Notes: generated by a model not told the origin, from the letters alone. A stretch of DNA of 64,000 nucleotides from Callorhinchus milii (GCF_018977255.1 NW_024704742.1:22570001-22634000), one strand, 5' to 3'. Positions 38,763 through 53,900 are shown, counted from the first letter of the stretch. Program-made: numbers and translations.

Positions 38763-38981
38763 CTAAGTATGATTTAATGTTATTGTGATATTACTCTTGT
38801 GATAGTGAATTTTCAGTAAAAGCTCATCTCCCATTTTAACTTGCAGGGGAATATCCAGAACAAAAGCAGCTTGCTTCCAATGAGAAGTATCACTCCATGT
38901 ACTCAGGCTGGTATCTGTGTCCAGGTGAATTTCATACCAAAATGGGACTGCAGTTATCTTCCCCGAAGAACAGATTTGAAC
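38763..38981 (-). CDS. PRMT9: PRMT9 last coding exon, 219 bp including TAG
   Basis: ccatag|[21 protein letters not shown]...[13 protein letters not shown]...[12 protein letters not shown]. Confidence 0.93.
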   Translation of the reverse strand, partial: VQICSSGKITAVPFWYEIHLDTDTSLSTWSDTSHWKQAAFVLDIPLQVKMGDELLLKIHYHKSNITITLNHT

Positions 38982-41900
38982 CTATGGAACATAGAAATTA
39001 CAGAATTGGTGAAAATACAGTACATCCAGAAACATGTGGGGTGAGGGAATACAAGTTTAATCAAATAGAACTCAAACTAAGTAAAATAATTTTAAAAAAA
39101 CAAATGAGGACTGCAAGCCACAAAGTTGCAAAGCCTTTTACACCTGAAAATGAATTCAAACTGAACTCAAATTAAAATAATTGGGAAAAGTTCACAATTT
39201 TTTTACATTATTTTGCTTAGTGGCTCCATGTACCTCAAGAATCTGAGGCAGAATAAGTGTGTTTTGTGTTAAAATAATCGATGTGCATGTGTAGCCTGCA
39301 TAACATTCTGAAGTGACTGACAAGGCAGATCACATTCTCATGTGAACTACTTTTGTCGAGTTCACAAGGTTTCCAGATAGTATTTCCTGAAAGTAAGAGG
39401 ATGTTTCCCCACTATAACCCTGATGTGAATTGACAAATGTACAGAAATACTGTTAATTTAAAATAAATAAACTAACTTTTATATAGCAATAAAAGTTACC
39501 GATTTTCACTATGGCAATTGCTCACATTTATGCAAACAGAATCATAACATGTGGTTGATCATAAAAAAGGAGTCAAAACTTGTCACTGAAAGTTACTTTT
39601 AAGAACTTCAACTGGTATTCTTTAATCTTTTAATTTAATTAAATTCTTTAATGAAACTGCTATTTTCAATCCACGACCGTGCGTGGGACACTGCTGTGCG
39701 CAATTGGCTGCCGCGTTTCGCCCACAAATATACGGTCAATTCACTTTACAGTATATTCTGTGAAGTGCTTTGAGACGTCTAGAAGACGTGAAAAGCGCTA
39801 TATCAAATGCAAGGATTATTATTAATATTATTCTACCTTGATTTCACTGCTCATATCATCAGTAAAGAGGTTCATTAGATCCAGCTTCAATAGCTCCACT
39901 GGCTCACTCAAACGGGCATAAGGCAATGTAGATAAATCTAGGAAGACATGGACAGGTACCTGGGAAGCAAACATTCATAATCTTTAGATTAAAACAAATA
40001 ATGACATTTACAGAAACTAAGTTTCACAAAAGCATTTACAAAATTAGTTTTGAATAAGTAGAAACATTTCCATTATATATAAAAATATAGAAAAACCTTG
40101 AATTGGTTGATGAAAGGTGCAATATTGAATCCTAATGTGGGTTCTTTTCCTTGGACAGCACTCTCTTGCAGTAAGGTCTCAGAATCCACTAGCATCCCAT
40201 ATACTGTTATACTCTGAGGAAACAGCCTACCCTCAGGATAAAGCAAACGTCTATGGAAAAAAGGACTTGACTCAATATCTTTATGTGGGAAACATAAGAG
40301 CTCATGGTACATAAATACAAAATATAGTCAATTATATAACAATATATAATAGTCAATTATAATATAGTCAATTTAATTTATAGTATATGCTGTGGAGCGT
40401 TTGCGATATCTCAACAATGTGATAATGCTCTTGTTATAAAGACCTGAATGCCTTTAGCCTTTCTGCTCCTGTGAACTATAATAAAAATAATAATAATGCT
40501 TGCATTTGATGTAACTCCTTATCACGTCTTTGAGACGTCTCAAAGAGCTTCACAGGATATACTGTAAAGTGAATTGACTGAATATTTTGTGGGCGAAACG
40601 CAGCAGCCAATTGTGCCCACAAACAGTCGTGGATTAAGTGACCAAATTATTATTTTTTTGAAGGAATTATTACCCCCAGAAAAGCAATCCACCAATCGAC
40701 TGACAACCCACACTTGGTCAACAAAGCAGGGAATGTTCCAAGAAGGCTCCAACTACTGCTGAACATGCAAGCTCAGGTCCAAACCCAATTTACCAGAGCG
40801 GCCCTTTAACACAACTAAGGAAGCTGCATTTATTTTCTATTGCTTGCTTGTCTGATTGAGCACAAAATGTTATGTGGAAACGTCTTAAGCACTATATTGT
40901 TAGGATCTTGACAGTGTCAACCCCTGTTCACATCCTTTAGAGATTATAATTCTTTTCACAAACAAGTCAACTATTTCAGCATGAACAGGTTTTTCAAAGT
41001 TAGTCGATAATTGGATTAAGTTGTGAGAATTTTGCTTGAATGTAAAGATTTATAGATATCTACTTATTCCACTGATGGCCTAGTGGATAAAGGGAATGCA
41101 CTTCTTCCAGCTCTCAAGTGGTTGAGCAGTTTCAGCAGTTTCAGTGCCTAGGTTGATTCACCTTCAAAGTCTTGTGACCAGAAACCATATTTGTAATTTT
41201 TACCAAGTGTTGCAGTTCAGCGAGATATTTTATACAATCTGAACAAAAGGTGGCATACCTAGCTAGAGCTGCTTTTTCCATTAGCCCCTGTCGGACCAGT
41301 CCACACATCTCAACAGCATCAAGAATAATAACACTCCACAGCTTGTCTGATTGAGGCTTTTGTAGTATTGCAGAATCATCCTGCAGATGGTTGTGCCAAA
41401 ACTCCAACACGTCTTTTGAAATGTCATTTGTTTCTGCTAAAGTACTCAATGCAGCTTGTTGCTGTGCTTTTTCTATGGAACTAAAAACTTTAACTGGACC
41501 CAATTTGGCAGCAATTAAAGGCAAAATGGAGAAACCCTCAGATACATCTAACACATACAGCCTGTCAGAAGGCACATCTAAAGAACTCAGGCTGTTCATG
41601 TTTTCGCTATTCAGGTTTGAACTGCTATCATCCATGGTTTGGGAAGAACAGGTTCCATTTTCGTCTGACATTAAAGACAGTGCCCTGCTCAAGGCATATT
41701 TGAAATGGTCATTATATTGTGTATTATTGAGTCTAGCTATTTCTGAAGATTCAAGCATACAGTGTTGAAGGGCCATTCCTGGTTCATTTGTAGTCTGGAG
41801 ACTGGCCAATGCGTTGCAAAGTTCAGTCTCACTTGCAAGGTCATTGCATTTCTGATCGCTCATGCTATTCATCTCAATTTCCATTTTGTCCTCAGAGCTA

Positions 41901-44900
41901 ACTACAGCAACACTGTTAAAAATCAGGTACGAGTCCTTGCAGGAAACATCAACTACAAGAGTGTCACCAGGCTTTACAGTTCGGCCTGAAAGAGAGAAAC
42001 AAAAATAAACAGGTAAGCTCAAGGTAAAATTAAATTTTAAAAAATTGGGAATCATTTCTCAAAAAATGTTTTCAGTGTTTATATAACGGGTAGGAATGAG
42101 CGAGCAAATAAATAGACAGACATAACTGAGTTTAGATGATTCCATAAATAATAAGAATCTAAATTAATTTAGGAAGTCATCTAAATCCAAATAAAGTAAA
42201 ACTTTCATTTTGATATACACACAGATCTATAAAGACAGGCATTAAAAAAATTAAATAAAAACATTTAAAAAATGGAAGTGAAATCACAAAGACTGACGCT
42301 AGACTAATAGTCACATCAATTACCAAAAGAGAAATTTGTTTGCAAAGTTGTCTATTTAGGCATTCTATAGTTTTCAAACCACTTTCTGACCCTTTCATCA
42401 CCATATCAGACACAAGAATCAAACCCGCTAGTCAGTTCTCATTCTGCTGACCCAAAGTAATTTCACTTACTGAGCCCTTCATGTACAGGATACACAGCCT
42501 GTTCCCAACATGTCTCTTCACTGGGACCAGTGGAGAGACTTATTTCATCATCAAGTTGCAGAACAAACCAAGCTACAACTGCATCCAGCACACCCTCCTT
42601 GACTATTGGCAGACTCAGTTGATAAGAATCCCTAGTAGTGAGCCCTTCCAATTCCTATGGCAATACAGAAACAAGACAGTTAAAAACATTTGTAGAGTTA
42701 ATATTATTATAATGTATACACAATAATTACAAATTAATCTGTAACTGGTTATATCTCTGAGCCAGCTAGTTTCAAAGCAAATAGTTAACTCACGACAAAG
42801 TCAAACTCATAGTACTATCTAATGTAGAAGTAATTACAGGACAGAAAGCAAATACTGTGAATATAAAGTCTTAAAATGGGACTAATGTTGGCTGTGTATT
42901 AATATGTTAATTAATAAAATAATAAAAATTCTTACATTTGGTACAGTGCCTTTTACTTCAGGAAGCCATCTCAAAGCACTTCATAGGATATAGTGTACTG
43001 TAAAGTGCAGATACTGTGTGCTTTGTGGGCGAATATGGCAGCCAATTTGGCCACAGCTATCTCCCACAAACAGCCATGGAGTGAATGACCAATTTTATTT
43101 GGGCAATTGCTCACTGTCCCTTCTCATTTCGAATAGTGTCATGAGCTTTCATTTCTACCTGAACAGACAGACGGGACTCAGTTTAGCATCTCTTCCGAAA
43201 GATGGCATCTCCAACAATGCAGCACACTGCATTGGAGTGTCAGCCTATGCTACATGAGTTAAAAGTGCTGACATGGGACAAGAACCCACAACCTTCTGAA
43301 TCCAGGCAAGAGTGCCATCAACTGAGCTAGGCTGACACCATGAACACAACAGTCTTTTCCAGTCCTATGCTCTTAACTACAAATGCACAATGGTCCTCAA
43401 AAGCAAAAAATTGCATTTATATAGTATCCCTCATGCAGAGTAGCATTCCAGAGCGCTAATAATGGAAGCACTTGCTTAATTATAATGGAACCTAGAGTGT
43501 CCATGTGCAGACACTAAAACCCAGTTGACATGACTGAAGCAGGATTACTAAATTCACCTCACGTTTGCTTCCATCTTAGAAGGCATCAGACAAGATTCAA
43601 ACTTGTGATTTGCTTTTATGTACCCCCTTCAGTAGTATGTGAATGAGAGTCGTTTTCAAACCTGTGGATTATTGAAGTCAATGGTCATGGCCTGGAAGTT
43701 GTCAGTCAGTGGTGTATATCCACCAGGAATACGACTCATTCTCTCAGTCGTGTAAGGTTCAGCAGCATCAATGCCATCAGGGCGATTGCCAATTGGACTG
43801 TACCATTTCACTGTTCCATTCAAACACAACCCACCAATGTCACTAAAGCAAACTCTGCCGAACAGAACAATGGGATAAAAGAGATTTTCATTAACTTCTC
43901 AAAAAGCATAAAGAGCATTCAACTATGCACACAAAGTTTCAAAATCTCCCTAATCATTTAAAGTTCTGTGGTTGTACTCCTGCACTGTCATATTTAATAA
44001 AACACAACAAATTATTCCAAAATGGGGTGATTTAATATTTTGGATTGCAAGCAGTATCTTTACCTACTCAGTGAACCATAGAAAATGGATGGACATCTGG
44101 ATATATGGAAACCATCTAACTCATCTCTTGGGAAAGCTAATTATTTTACTTTTTGTCATTTCTAAAGAATAAAAATAACAATTTATATATTTTAAAAGAG
44201 TGAAAAGGAGATTGATGGCTCAGTGGGTTAAGCACTATTCTATAATCTTTGAGACTTGAGGCCTGAAATCGACTTAGTCTTAGTTTGGAAGAACATTTTA
44301 TCTTGCAATTTGAGATTGCATAGAAATGAATAAAAATGCTGAAATTCAGCCATAATTTGGGATTCCGAATTTTTTTAAACTGGAAAATGGCTTTGCCATT
44401 TAACATAATTTAAGAATTTTCCACAATTTTGTGTGTTCTTAAATTTTAAGACAAAATGACCTCACAGCCAAAGTTGTGGGTGAACTTTCAGGGCTCCGTA
44501 CTCAAATCCAGGTGAGCATGATGGCAGTAAGACAATGGCTGTAAAAATCAGTCTTATTTCCATTCCTAATGGATGCAGTTCACGGCCTAAAACTGCTGAT
44601 CAGTCAGTTTTTAGGTTTGCGCTCGTAAACGCCATATGGCTGTGACTGATGTGGAAAACAAGAGATTGTACACTATTCAAACAACAACAAAATTACATTT
44701 GTATAACACCTTTCACGTCGGGAGGACGTACCAACGCGCTGGACAGTCAGTGTTCAGATCCGAGCTGGGGGTCGGGATTGGGGAGGGTGGAGGGCGGGGG
44801 TGGAAGCAGGATGATCGAAAGCACGATCGAAGAGGAGGGGCTTGAGATGGGTCTTGAAGGAAGCAAGGGAAGGGGCGAGGCGGAGGAACTGCGGGATGGA

Positions 44901-47900
44901 GTTCCAGAGGGTGGGGGCAGAATGGCAGAAGGCCCGCCGGCCAATAGTGGGGCGAGCGAGGCGGGGGACGTGAAGCAGGCCTGAGCCCACTGAGCAGAGG
45001 GAGCGGGCAGGATGGTAGGGGGTTAGGAGGTCGCAGAGGTAGGGGGGAGCAAAGCCATGGATGGCTTTGAAGATGAGGACTAGGATCTTGAACTAGAATC
45101 TGTGTGATGGGAAGCCAGTGGAGTCGGGCGAGGATGGGAGTGAAAGGATCACGGAACCTGGTACTGGAGAAGGCAAAGGCTGCAGAGTTCTGAAGACTTG
45201 GGGAGGCCAACAAGCAAGGAGTTTGCATAGTCAAGCCTCAATATTATGAATGGGTGTATGTGCCTCGATATTATGATGAACAGATGGTGATCTTTTTAGG
45301 ATGGGATTAAGAGACATTTTGGGGGCAAAATACATAGAGCCACTTAATCCATTCTCCAAAATTGATATCCCTTAATATATTTAATAAAACAACCCACCAA
45401 GAAGAAACAGATTGCAATAATATTGTCTGGATCATTTATGTTTTGGATCCAAACCCTAGGCTTGTACATAGATATACCACCCAGAAACTAACCTGTGGTG
45501 TCTGCGAATCTGTTGACACTCCACCGCCACTGCGAATATAACAGCACACGAAGGAATGACTCGGCCAAATCTTTCAACAGGAGCACCCTCTATTGATATC
45601 TATGAAACAATAATTTAATATTTCAAGAGAAAATAAAACTAATCAAAACATAAATCCCAGGTATCTTACACAGATGCATATAGGTTTGAATATTGCTTCA
45701 TGCTCGAGACAATGCAACGTTCTGCTTTGGTGGTGGGGAGAGGGATAAACTATGAAAGAGTCCCCTCTTGTTTAATTCGACTATGCTTTCTATCGGTCGA
45801 TTGTCGATTGTTACTGCCTTTTGCTACAGAATTTGTGTAGAGCACCAGCTTTGTGGGGGGTGGAGATAAAGACAGAGATGGGAAAAAAGTTAAATAAAAT
45901 AAACTTCCAAATTAATAATTACTTAAAAGTGAAGGATTTCTCCATAATTAATAATCTTACAGTAAAACACTCCATACTTCATACTGTTAAATAAAGCTGG
46001 AAGTAGAATATTTTGGGTTGATTAACAGGGCCTTTGGAGACTGTAAGAGTCTGATCAAGACAGACTGCAGTGCTCTGAGCAATGAGAGATATGATAGAAC
46101 ACACCCAGATACATGCCATGTCCTGTCAGACATTTTCTAAAGACAAACGATTACTATACGAGAATTTGGAGCAGCTATGACAATATTTTGATAAATTCAG
46201 CATTGCAAAAATTCAGTGTTTTGAAATCCATTAAACTTTAGTAGGCCAAATCCATCGCTGCTGGAAATATTTCCTATTGATTATATAGAGAATTAATAAC
46301 CCAAAATAATGAAAACAAAATCTCAAGACAAACACAATAATGTTCCAGTCATTCATTGAAACAATCCTGAACTTCAGACTCATGCAAAGACTTCAGACTC
46401 AACCATCAACTAAAACTCAGTTAACATGGTTAAAACCCTAGCATGCTTCCTATACAATGAGCAATAAAGCCCTTCCTTAAGCAAAAGCTTTCTAAATTAC
46501 ATTTATAGCTTCACCACCCAGTCCACTTCATTAATCTGAATTGGCTGTTAAATGAGACAATACAATGTGCTGGAGGTCCTAAGTGTGCTGATTCACAAAT
46601 TATCTCTGGGATTTCCATGTGTAGGTAGCACAAATGCAAGGATTATTATTATTATTCATGGAAATCTCAGCTTGGTTTGGATACTTTAAGCATGGTGATG
46701 GGTTTCTGCGTGTATCAAACATTTGTTTGGCTGACCAAAAATTTTTTTACAAATTGAATCGACTCTGCTCTATTCAGTTCCCAGTTCAGCCATTTTGTAG
46801 GGAGGAACCCAAAAAAAACTTTATAATTAGGTAACTAAAGGAAACACGCACAAAATTGCAGAGTCTGAAATTACACTGGAGATTAATTGGATTTTTCATT
46901 ATTATTTTGATAATTACTGAATTCAGCACAAGAGATCTTTGAATCTTTAAGGGATCCAAGTCACAGTAGAGCATAGTTTAGATGCTCGTTATAACTATCT
47001 AATGAAGTCCCATACCGAAACCTACAAAACTAGATTATTCCAAGTTATTTCTTTCCGTGTGAATTGGAAAATTGGGGAAACTGGAAGCATAAAACAAGAG
47101 GCAAAAGTAAAAAGCTTAAAATGAACAAGCAATGTTCAGTACACAATATAAAGCTAACACTTAGCACCATCTGCTGGCACAACTCTGTCAAAGTTCAGTG
47201 CATTACCAAAATTGAAAAATAATGGACTTCAACTTCCTTTATGCTATGAGTTTTGTGCAGATGTAAAACTTTACAGTCAGTGTCCACACAGCCATGTTCC
47301 AAGACAGTCATGAAGTGAATGACCTTTTTTTTAAACTGGGCTAGAGTACGGGAACAAACTTCTTTCTCTTTTTGAACAGTGACATGAACTGACTGACTGA
47401 AGGATCAAAGCAGTTCAGGTGTACATATCACTATTTGTATAAAACACTTACCTGTGGTGGTAACAGAAGATATTTCCATGCGTGTATCAAACTCTCCACA
47501 ATACCTTCACCAAACAACCCAGCATCCACAGTTTCTGTAACAACTAGTGATACCCTGAGGGAAGAATAAATATTTTTTAGGGATAGGAAAGGGATCTTTA
47601 AAGTGTTGCTATTAACTCAGTACATCTTAATGTAGTTAGCATATTCTACGATAGAAAAAATATTCTGTAATCTATGAATTTAGATTAAATATTGAAGCAG
47701 TATTGCACTGCATATGCTCCATAGCCATTAAGCTTTACATGAAAATTGACTGCTGATCATCAAGAGTACGGGATTTGTGCAAGGTGCTGTCATTCTAATG
47801 ATACTTTAAATCAACATGCCATCATTCAAAAAAAAAAGATTTTTCCCATTATAGCCAATAATTCTTCAGATAAACTGGTCATTCACCTCATGTCATTTAT

Positions 47901-50900
47901 GGGTCTTCAATGGCATAAATATTGCTGTGCTTGCTTACAAAACCTCTCACTGTATTTGATAATGAATATTTGTGGTGTTGAGATGCTAAGGTGCAGCCAA
48001 AACAGAAAGTTTTTTTTCTAACAAGAAACAGAGAAAGTTTACAACACTTCTGTTTGAATTTGGGGGCAAGGCCAAATTAAATTTCTCAGTTGTAGCTTTT
48101 GGTCAAAATGTGAAATTTCAAATCTAAAGCTATACACTGAAAAGACAAAAATCTGTACTATTCATCATTAAAATATTACCCAGCAGAAGCAGCTTAACGT
48201 TGGACATACCTGCTGGAGAGATCTTTAGGTATTTCCATATCTAATGATTTCATATGCAGGACCTGGATTTCTCCTGCCATTTTGTTTGCAGTTACTACCT
48301 CACAAGCAATTTCATACATGGTCTTGGATAGCTCACAAGCATAGACATGGGAAGCTCCAGCTTTTCTTGCAAACATACTGAAAGAAAAAAAATCAAAGGT
48401 GAGATGCAAGGAAAACATGTGAAAATGACTTCTTGAATTTCATGTGTTCATGTACAAATACATGTCTTAGTTTCTAGGTGTACATTAATACCATAACCTC
48501 TCCAGTTTAAATTTTGTCTTGACAATTCATTAAATCTCACCCATCGGACGAAAATGCACAGGTAGATTTGCATTTCATTCATTTCACTCTGGCTTTGGCA
48601 AAATTCTTAAACAACAGCTTGCTTTTACAAAGTGTCCTTCATGTAGGATAATGTCAGGAGTGCTTCACAGTAATGGACCTATTCAATTATGAAACACAAC
48701 TACAATTCAGATTATTTGTAAAAGCCTCATTATTATTCACCAACAAATAAAGAAAAAATGGAATTCTATTTAATGCAATTACTAGAATCGCATTGAATGT
48801 CGTGACTATCAATATTTGTATTTACAGACATAATCCTCTCCTTTATTCTTAAGGAGTGGTCAAAATCATAACTAGACCACTGCAAATTGTGTTAAACCAC
48901 CAGCAAAAGAAGTTGCTGCACATTCTCAATGTGACTGTCTGCTACCTGACCAGCAGCTCGATTCAAAACAAACTGGTGAATCTGTACCATTCTAAACCTC
49001 AGTCTAGAAATGGCGTTCTTGATTCTCTTAATATCCAACCGTCACATACATCTCTGACATTTCCAGAGCTTTCAACAAATTCAGTATCAAATCTTAGTCT
49101 CACTGTAGAACTGAAATCCTGTGGTGCAGTTAGTGAGTTGCCAAATTTAATATGTGAGGTTTTCAAAAAACACCAGAGGCCTAAAATGGTTCTGCAAGCT
49201 AAGACTTTCAGGCCTTGGGTCAGATTAAATGATGTCACCATCAAAGAAAAGAGTGGTTAACTCTGGATCTGAAAACCATGCAGTGATCATAACAAAGTAA
49301 GGAGTTTTATTCAGTAGAAAACAATGTAAGGAGTTTTATTCAGTAGAAAATAATTAGCTCTAGGCTCAGAAACCACATCCTAACTACAGTAGAGCAAACA
49401 CGTGCTTACGGTCGCCGATAGAGCTATCAGATTAGACTTCATGGAAAAATTCTGCCACATTTGACAGACTACAATGACTACATTTGTGCCACACTATAGA
49501 TATTTTTAAACACATTACAGAGAAATGCTTCATGACTATTTATAAACAAATGTCATTAAAATGGTGAGGATGGCCTAAACACAACATTCACTACATCACA
49601 GAGATGTGGTCAGAGTGTGAGTCCTCATGCTAACAAAGGCCAAACCAGCACAATGGCCACAATTGCTTCTTGAGCCAAAACTGTTCATGCAAGAAACATG
49701 AAGATTAGCAGCAGGTCATTTAATGTTCCACATCAATCTAGAATATCCAAATGAAAAATCAGCAACAAAACAAAGCCTTAAAGTTCTTCACCCCGAGAAT
49801 TCAACCTTGTTTACTGGAGCTCTATGAGCAGAGATCAAACACTGAATTAACCATCAGGAAGGTTACTGGAGCTTGCAATCAGGCCACAAAAAAATATTGA
49901 CTTCCCTATTAGGATCTAACTGCACGTTCTCTAGTCCTTTTGGGCACTTATCAACTACCCATCTCAGTTTTATGAAAAGACATCTCTAGTTGTTCCCCAT
50001 TACGTCAAATGTCCAACAAAATAAATTAAATTTATATATATTTTAAATGTGATTATCACATGAACCTAATTCATCCCACAAAATGAGTTCCCAATCCCAT
50101 TGGGAAGAGGAACCTAGTACAAGTGAAACACTTTCTCAATTAAAAAGTAACAGAAAAAGTCGCTATACCAAATATAAGTAATATTATTATTACTACAGAA
50201 ATTTGAGGACATGCTAACCCAGGATTAGTAAACCAAGCCACTACAAGTGTTCTTCCTAGAAGAATTATGAGCGATGTTGGCAAACTTGTGTGCAGATTTT
50301 GCCCCGATTGAGCAAAGAGAATCTAAAATAACAGCACCACTCTTTTCATTTAAAAGGAAAACATGTTCTCTTCCCCTCCTCTAAGCTTAAAGTTGCGCAG
50401 TCTAACAGTAAAGTTTGTACATTCTAAAAATGGCTACAACAGAATACAATTACTTCAGGAAGGGCACACAATTCAAATTTGGGTGGAGCACATCAACCTG
50501 AAAATCTGGGTCTTAAGTTCACAATTCCGTACAACAATAATGTTAATTTGGCATCTATTAGTTTCTTAAAAGGGATATGTGCAACATGCAGGGTGGGAGA
50601 CAAACGGTACTATTATAACTCATCCAGGTAAGGCTAAAAATGAGCTACAATCTTCATTTTAGTTATGTGGCAGAAATAATTTATTCAAACATCACTTGTC
50701 CCAATTGACGAGTTAACAGGGCCTCTCCAACCTGATCCAATTTATGATTATATACATTTATTGTGTATCATTTTCTGTGAATTAATATTGATGATATATC
50801 TCAACATTGGAAATAACATGTGAACTGTTATCTGGATTAACTACGTAGAGCAGGGTGGTTCAAGGTTTTGGATATTGAGGGCTGGATGCTCTATTCCACG

Positions 50901-53900
50901 GGCCGCAGAAGCAAAATTTTGGTGTTTCCCTTCCAGGAACATACATTTACGGGTTATGGAGGGAATGGATTGGCCAGATGAAAAGGAGGGAGGGGCAATT
51001 TCATCCGCTCCCCCTCTCCCATCCATTTCATCTGGCCCACCCGCTCCCTCCATTACCCATAAATGTTATGTTACCCAATGTCAGGGTAATCCAACTAGTG
51101 TCCTGAGGGTCAGATACGGGCTGCGTGCCGCCAGTTGGACTATCCTAACTCAGGATATCTAAACAGGGAATTTTCTGAATTGTTTGGACACAAGTAAGAG
51201 GTGCTCTGCTATATTTTGCCCTCCTAATGGATGCATCCTTTCTTTCATTGTCCACATCACAGAAAGAGCTACAGAACTGATGTTGCCAGGTGCTCTCCAG
51301 GAAATCAACCTGGCATCCAACCAAATTCCATTTATTCCGATCAACTATAAGGGGATAAGGGAATGGAATGAATGTGTACAGGTCTCCTTTCTTACCCAGT
51401 ACGTAAGTGGCCCAACAAGGAGGCAATCCCCGCTGGATTTAGTAATGGGAAATGAATCAGAGCAGATAAGAAAAGTACAATAGGGGAACATCTAGGCAAT
51501 AGCGATCATAACATATTAAGGTTTAAGATAATGATTGAGAAGGTCTTCAGTATGACAAAAGACCAGGGTAATAGATCGGAAAAAAGCTGATTTTGAGGGG
51601 ATGAGAATGGAACTTGGGAAAATAAACTGGAAAACAATATTGGCAAACAAAGAGATAGAGCAGCAGTGGGAAACATTTAAAACAGTGATCCATAGAGTCC
51701 AGGAGAAATATATTCCACAAAAAAGTAAGTCAAAGCTAAATAATAATGAGATACCTGGATTAATAAAGACATAGGGGCAAAGTTGAGACTCAGGAAAGAG
51801 GCGTTCACTAAGTACCTAAACAACAAGGGAGAGCATGACAAAAAAGAATACGAAGAGGTCAGGAAAACAGTCAAACAAACAATTAGGAAGGCAAAGAGGA
51901 ATTATGAAATTAAATTATCAAGGAATATAAAAGAAAATAGTAAAGTATTCTACAGGCATATAAATACAAAAGAAAAATCAAAATAGGAATAGGGCAACTA
52001 AAGGATGGACAAGATAAGCTCACAGGCCACAACAGCGAAATGGCACAAATATTAAATAATTACTTTGCCTCAGTATTCACCAGGGAAACGGATCAGGTGG
52101 ATATGACAGTAGAAGAAGAGACCAAAAGTAATATGAATGCACTTAAAATACAAAGGGGAGATATAATCGAAAAACGAAACTCAAGAGAGGATAAAACCCC
52201 TGGTCCAGATGGATTGCATCCATGTATATTAAAAGAATCGAGGGAAGAGATAACGGAGGCACTATTATATATATAATAACGCATTAGGAAAGGCAGTAGT
52301 GCCGGAGGACTGGAGGATAGCTCCCCCATCCCGACCCCCAGCTCGCATCCGTAAGTCTGTCTGTCCAGCATCTTGAAATATCCTCCCGAGGTGAAAGGCA
52401 CATTACAAATGTAATTTTGTTGTTTTTGTTGTGGAGTCAGGAGAAAACTAGCAGAATGGAATAGCAAGTTGGCTACAAAACAAAAAACAGAGAGTAGGGG
52501 TAAAGGGTAGCTATTCAGATTGGCAGTGGTGTTCCACAAGGATCGATATTGGGACCACTGTTGTTCCCAATATACATTAACGATTTGGACTTGGGAACCA
52601 GCAGTACAATTTCAATATTTGCAAATGACACCAAATTGGGGGGAGTAGTTAATATAGAGAAGGAAAGCAACAAATTACAGCAAGACATTAATAAACTTGC
52701 TGAATGGGCATTTAAATGGCAAATGCATTTCAATGTAGAAAAGTGTGAAGTGACACATTTTGGTAGAAAGAATAAGGAAGTCACATACATTCTGAAAAAT
52801 AAAAACCTAAAGGGGGTAGAGGAGCAAAGTATCAAGGGGTACACATACACAATTCACTAAAAGTAGCAACACACGTTAATAAGGCCATAAAAAGGGCAAA
52901 CCAGGCATTGGGGCGAAACGTAGCAGACAATTGCGACAGCAGTGTCCCATAAACAGTCGTGGATGGAAAATGACCAATTTATTATTTTTTTGTTTTTTGG
53001 AGGGATTATTAATTATTATATAATATATAATAGAAGGTTATGCTTGAAGGCTTAGATGAGCAAGGGCGGAAGGAGGCTCATGTGGAGCATTAACACTGGC
53101 ATAGCCCAGTTGGACCGAATGGCCTGTTTATGTGCTGTATATTCTAATGTATGCTAATATATTCTGATGTAACTACTGCTTTGAGTTCTCTGACAATTTT
53201 CACGTAGCTAGTTTATGAAATACACAAACTTTCGAAATCATACAATAAAGCTTAAAAAGGCAAAGCCTTTCTGGAAACTGACACGTAGTTTTTACAAGAA
53301 ATGGCTCCTAACGAGACTTTCTGGCTCCAGTAGCTCATTGTGTACACAATATGTCTCTGGCAACAAAGTAAAATGAAAACTGCATTTTGATAGGAGCATT
53401 TATATTTTCTTTCTTCAGTTTACTTCCTGTTAGTGGTTCTTTAAATAATTCCGATGGTAAAGCCATTTTAAAGGGAACTTGCAACAAAATAAACATCATA
53501 ACACTGACTGGAAAAAAAACTAGTTTCTGGAGATGTTTCAGTTCAGTATTCGTTTATCATAGAAAGTAGGAAACTGAAACTTTTTAGCATTTGGCAAAAT
53601 GTACTCTTAGAAAAACATACTAGATAAAAACCTTGGCCCAACATATGTCGTCAATCAGATGACATTTTTTATAACTTGAGCTCAATTTGGTATGTGGGAC
53701 ATTGATTATATTCAGTATCATTATCCTAGAATGTACATAATTAAATCTGCTGAATATTTTACAATTGATTACAACTCTAGGCTCACCTGGGCTCAGCTGC
53801 TACTCTGAACATGTTCTGTCTTTCAACAGGATCTAAAATACAGTTCTGTATTCACAACAGAATTCTTAAATATTTAATTCTCCAGGTAACCAGATACATG

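Noticed and set aside
48856..49351. 134-aa and 81-aa intronic ORFs and a 30-bp-period duplication
   Set aside because: No recognisable domain; the small tandem duplication is unremarkable.
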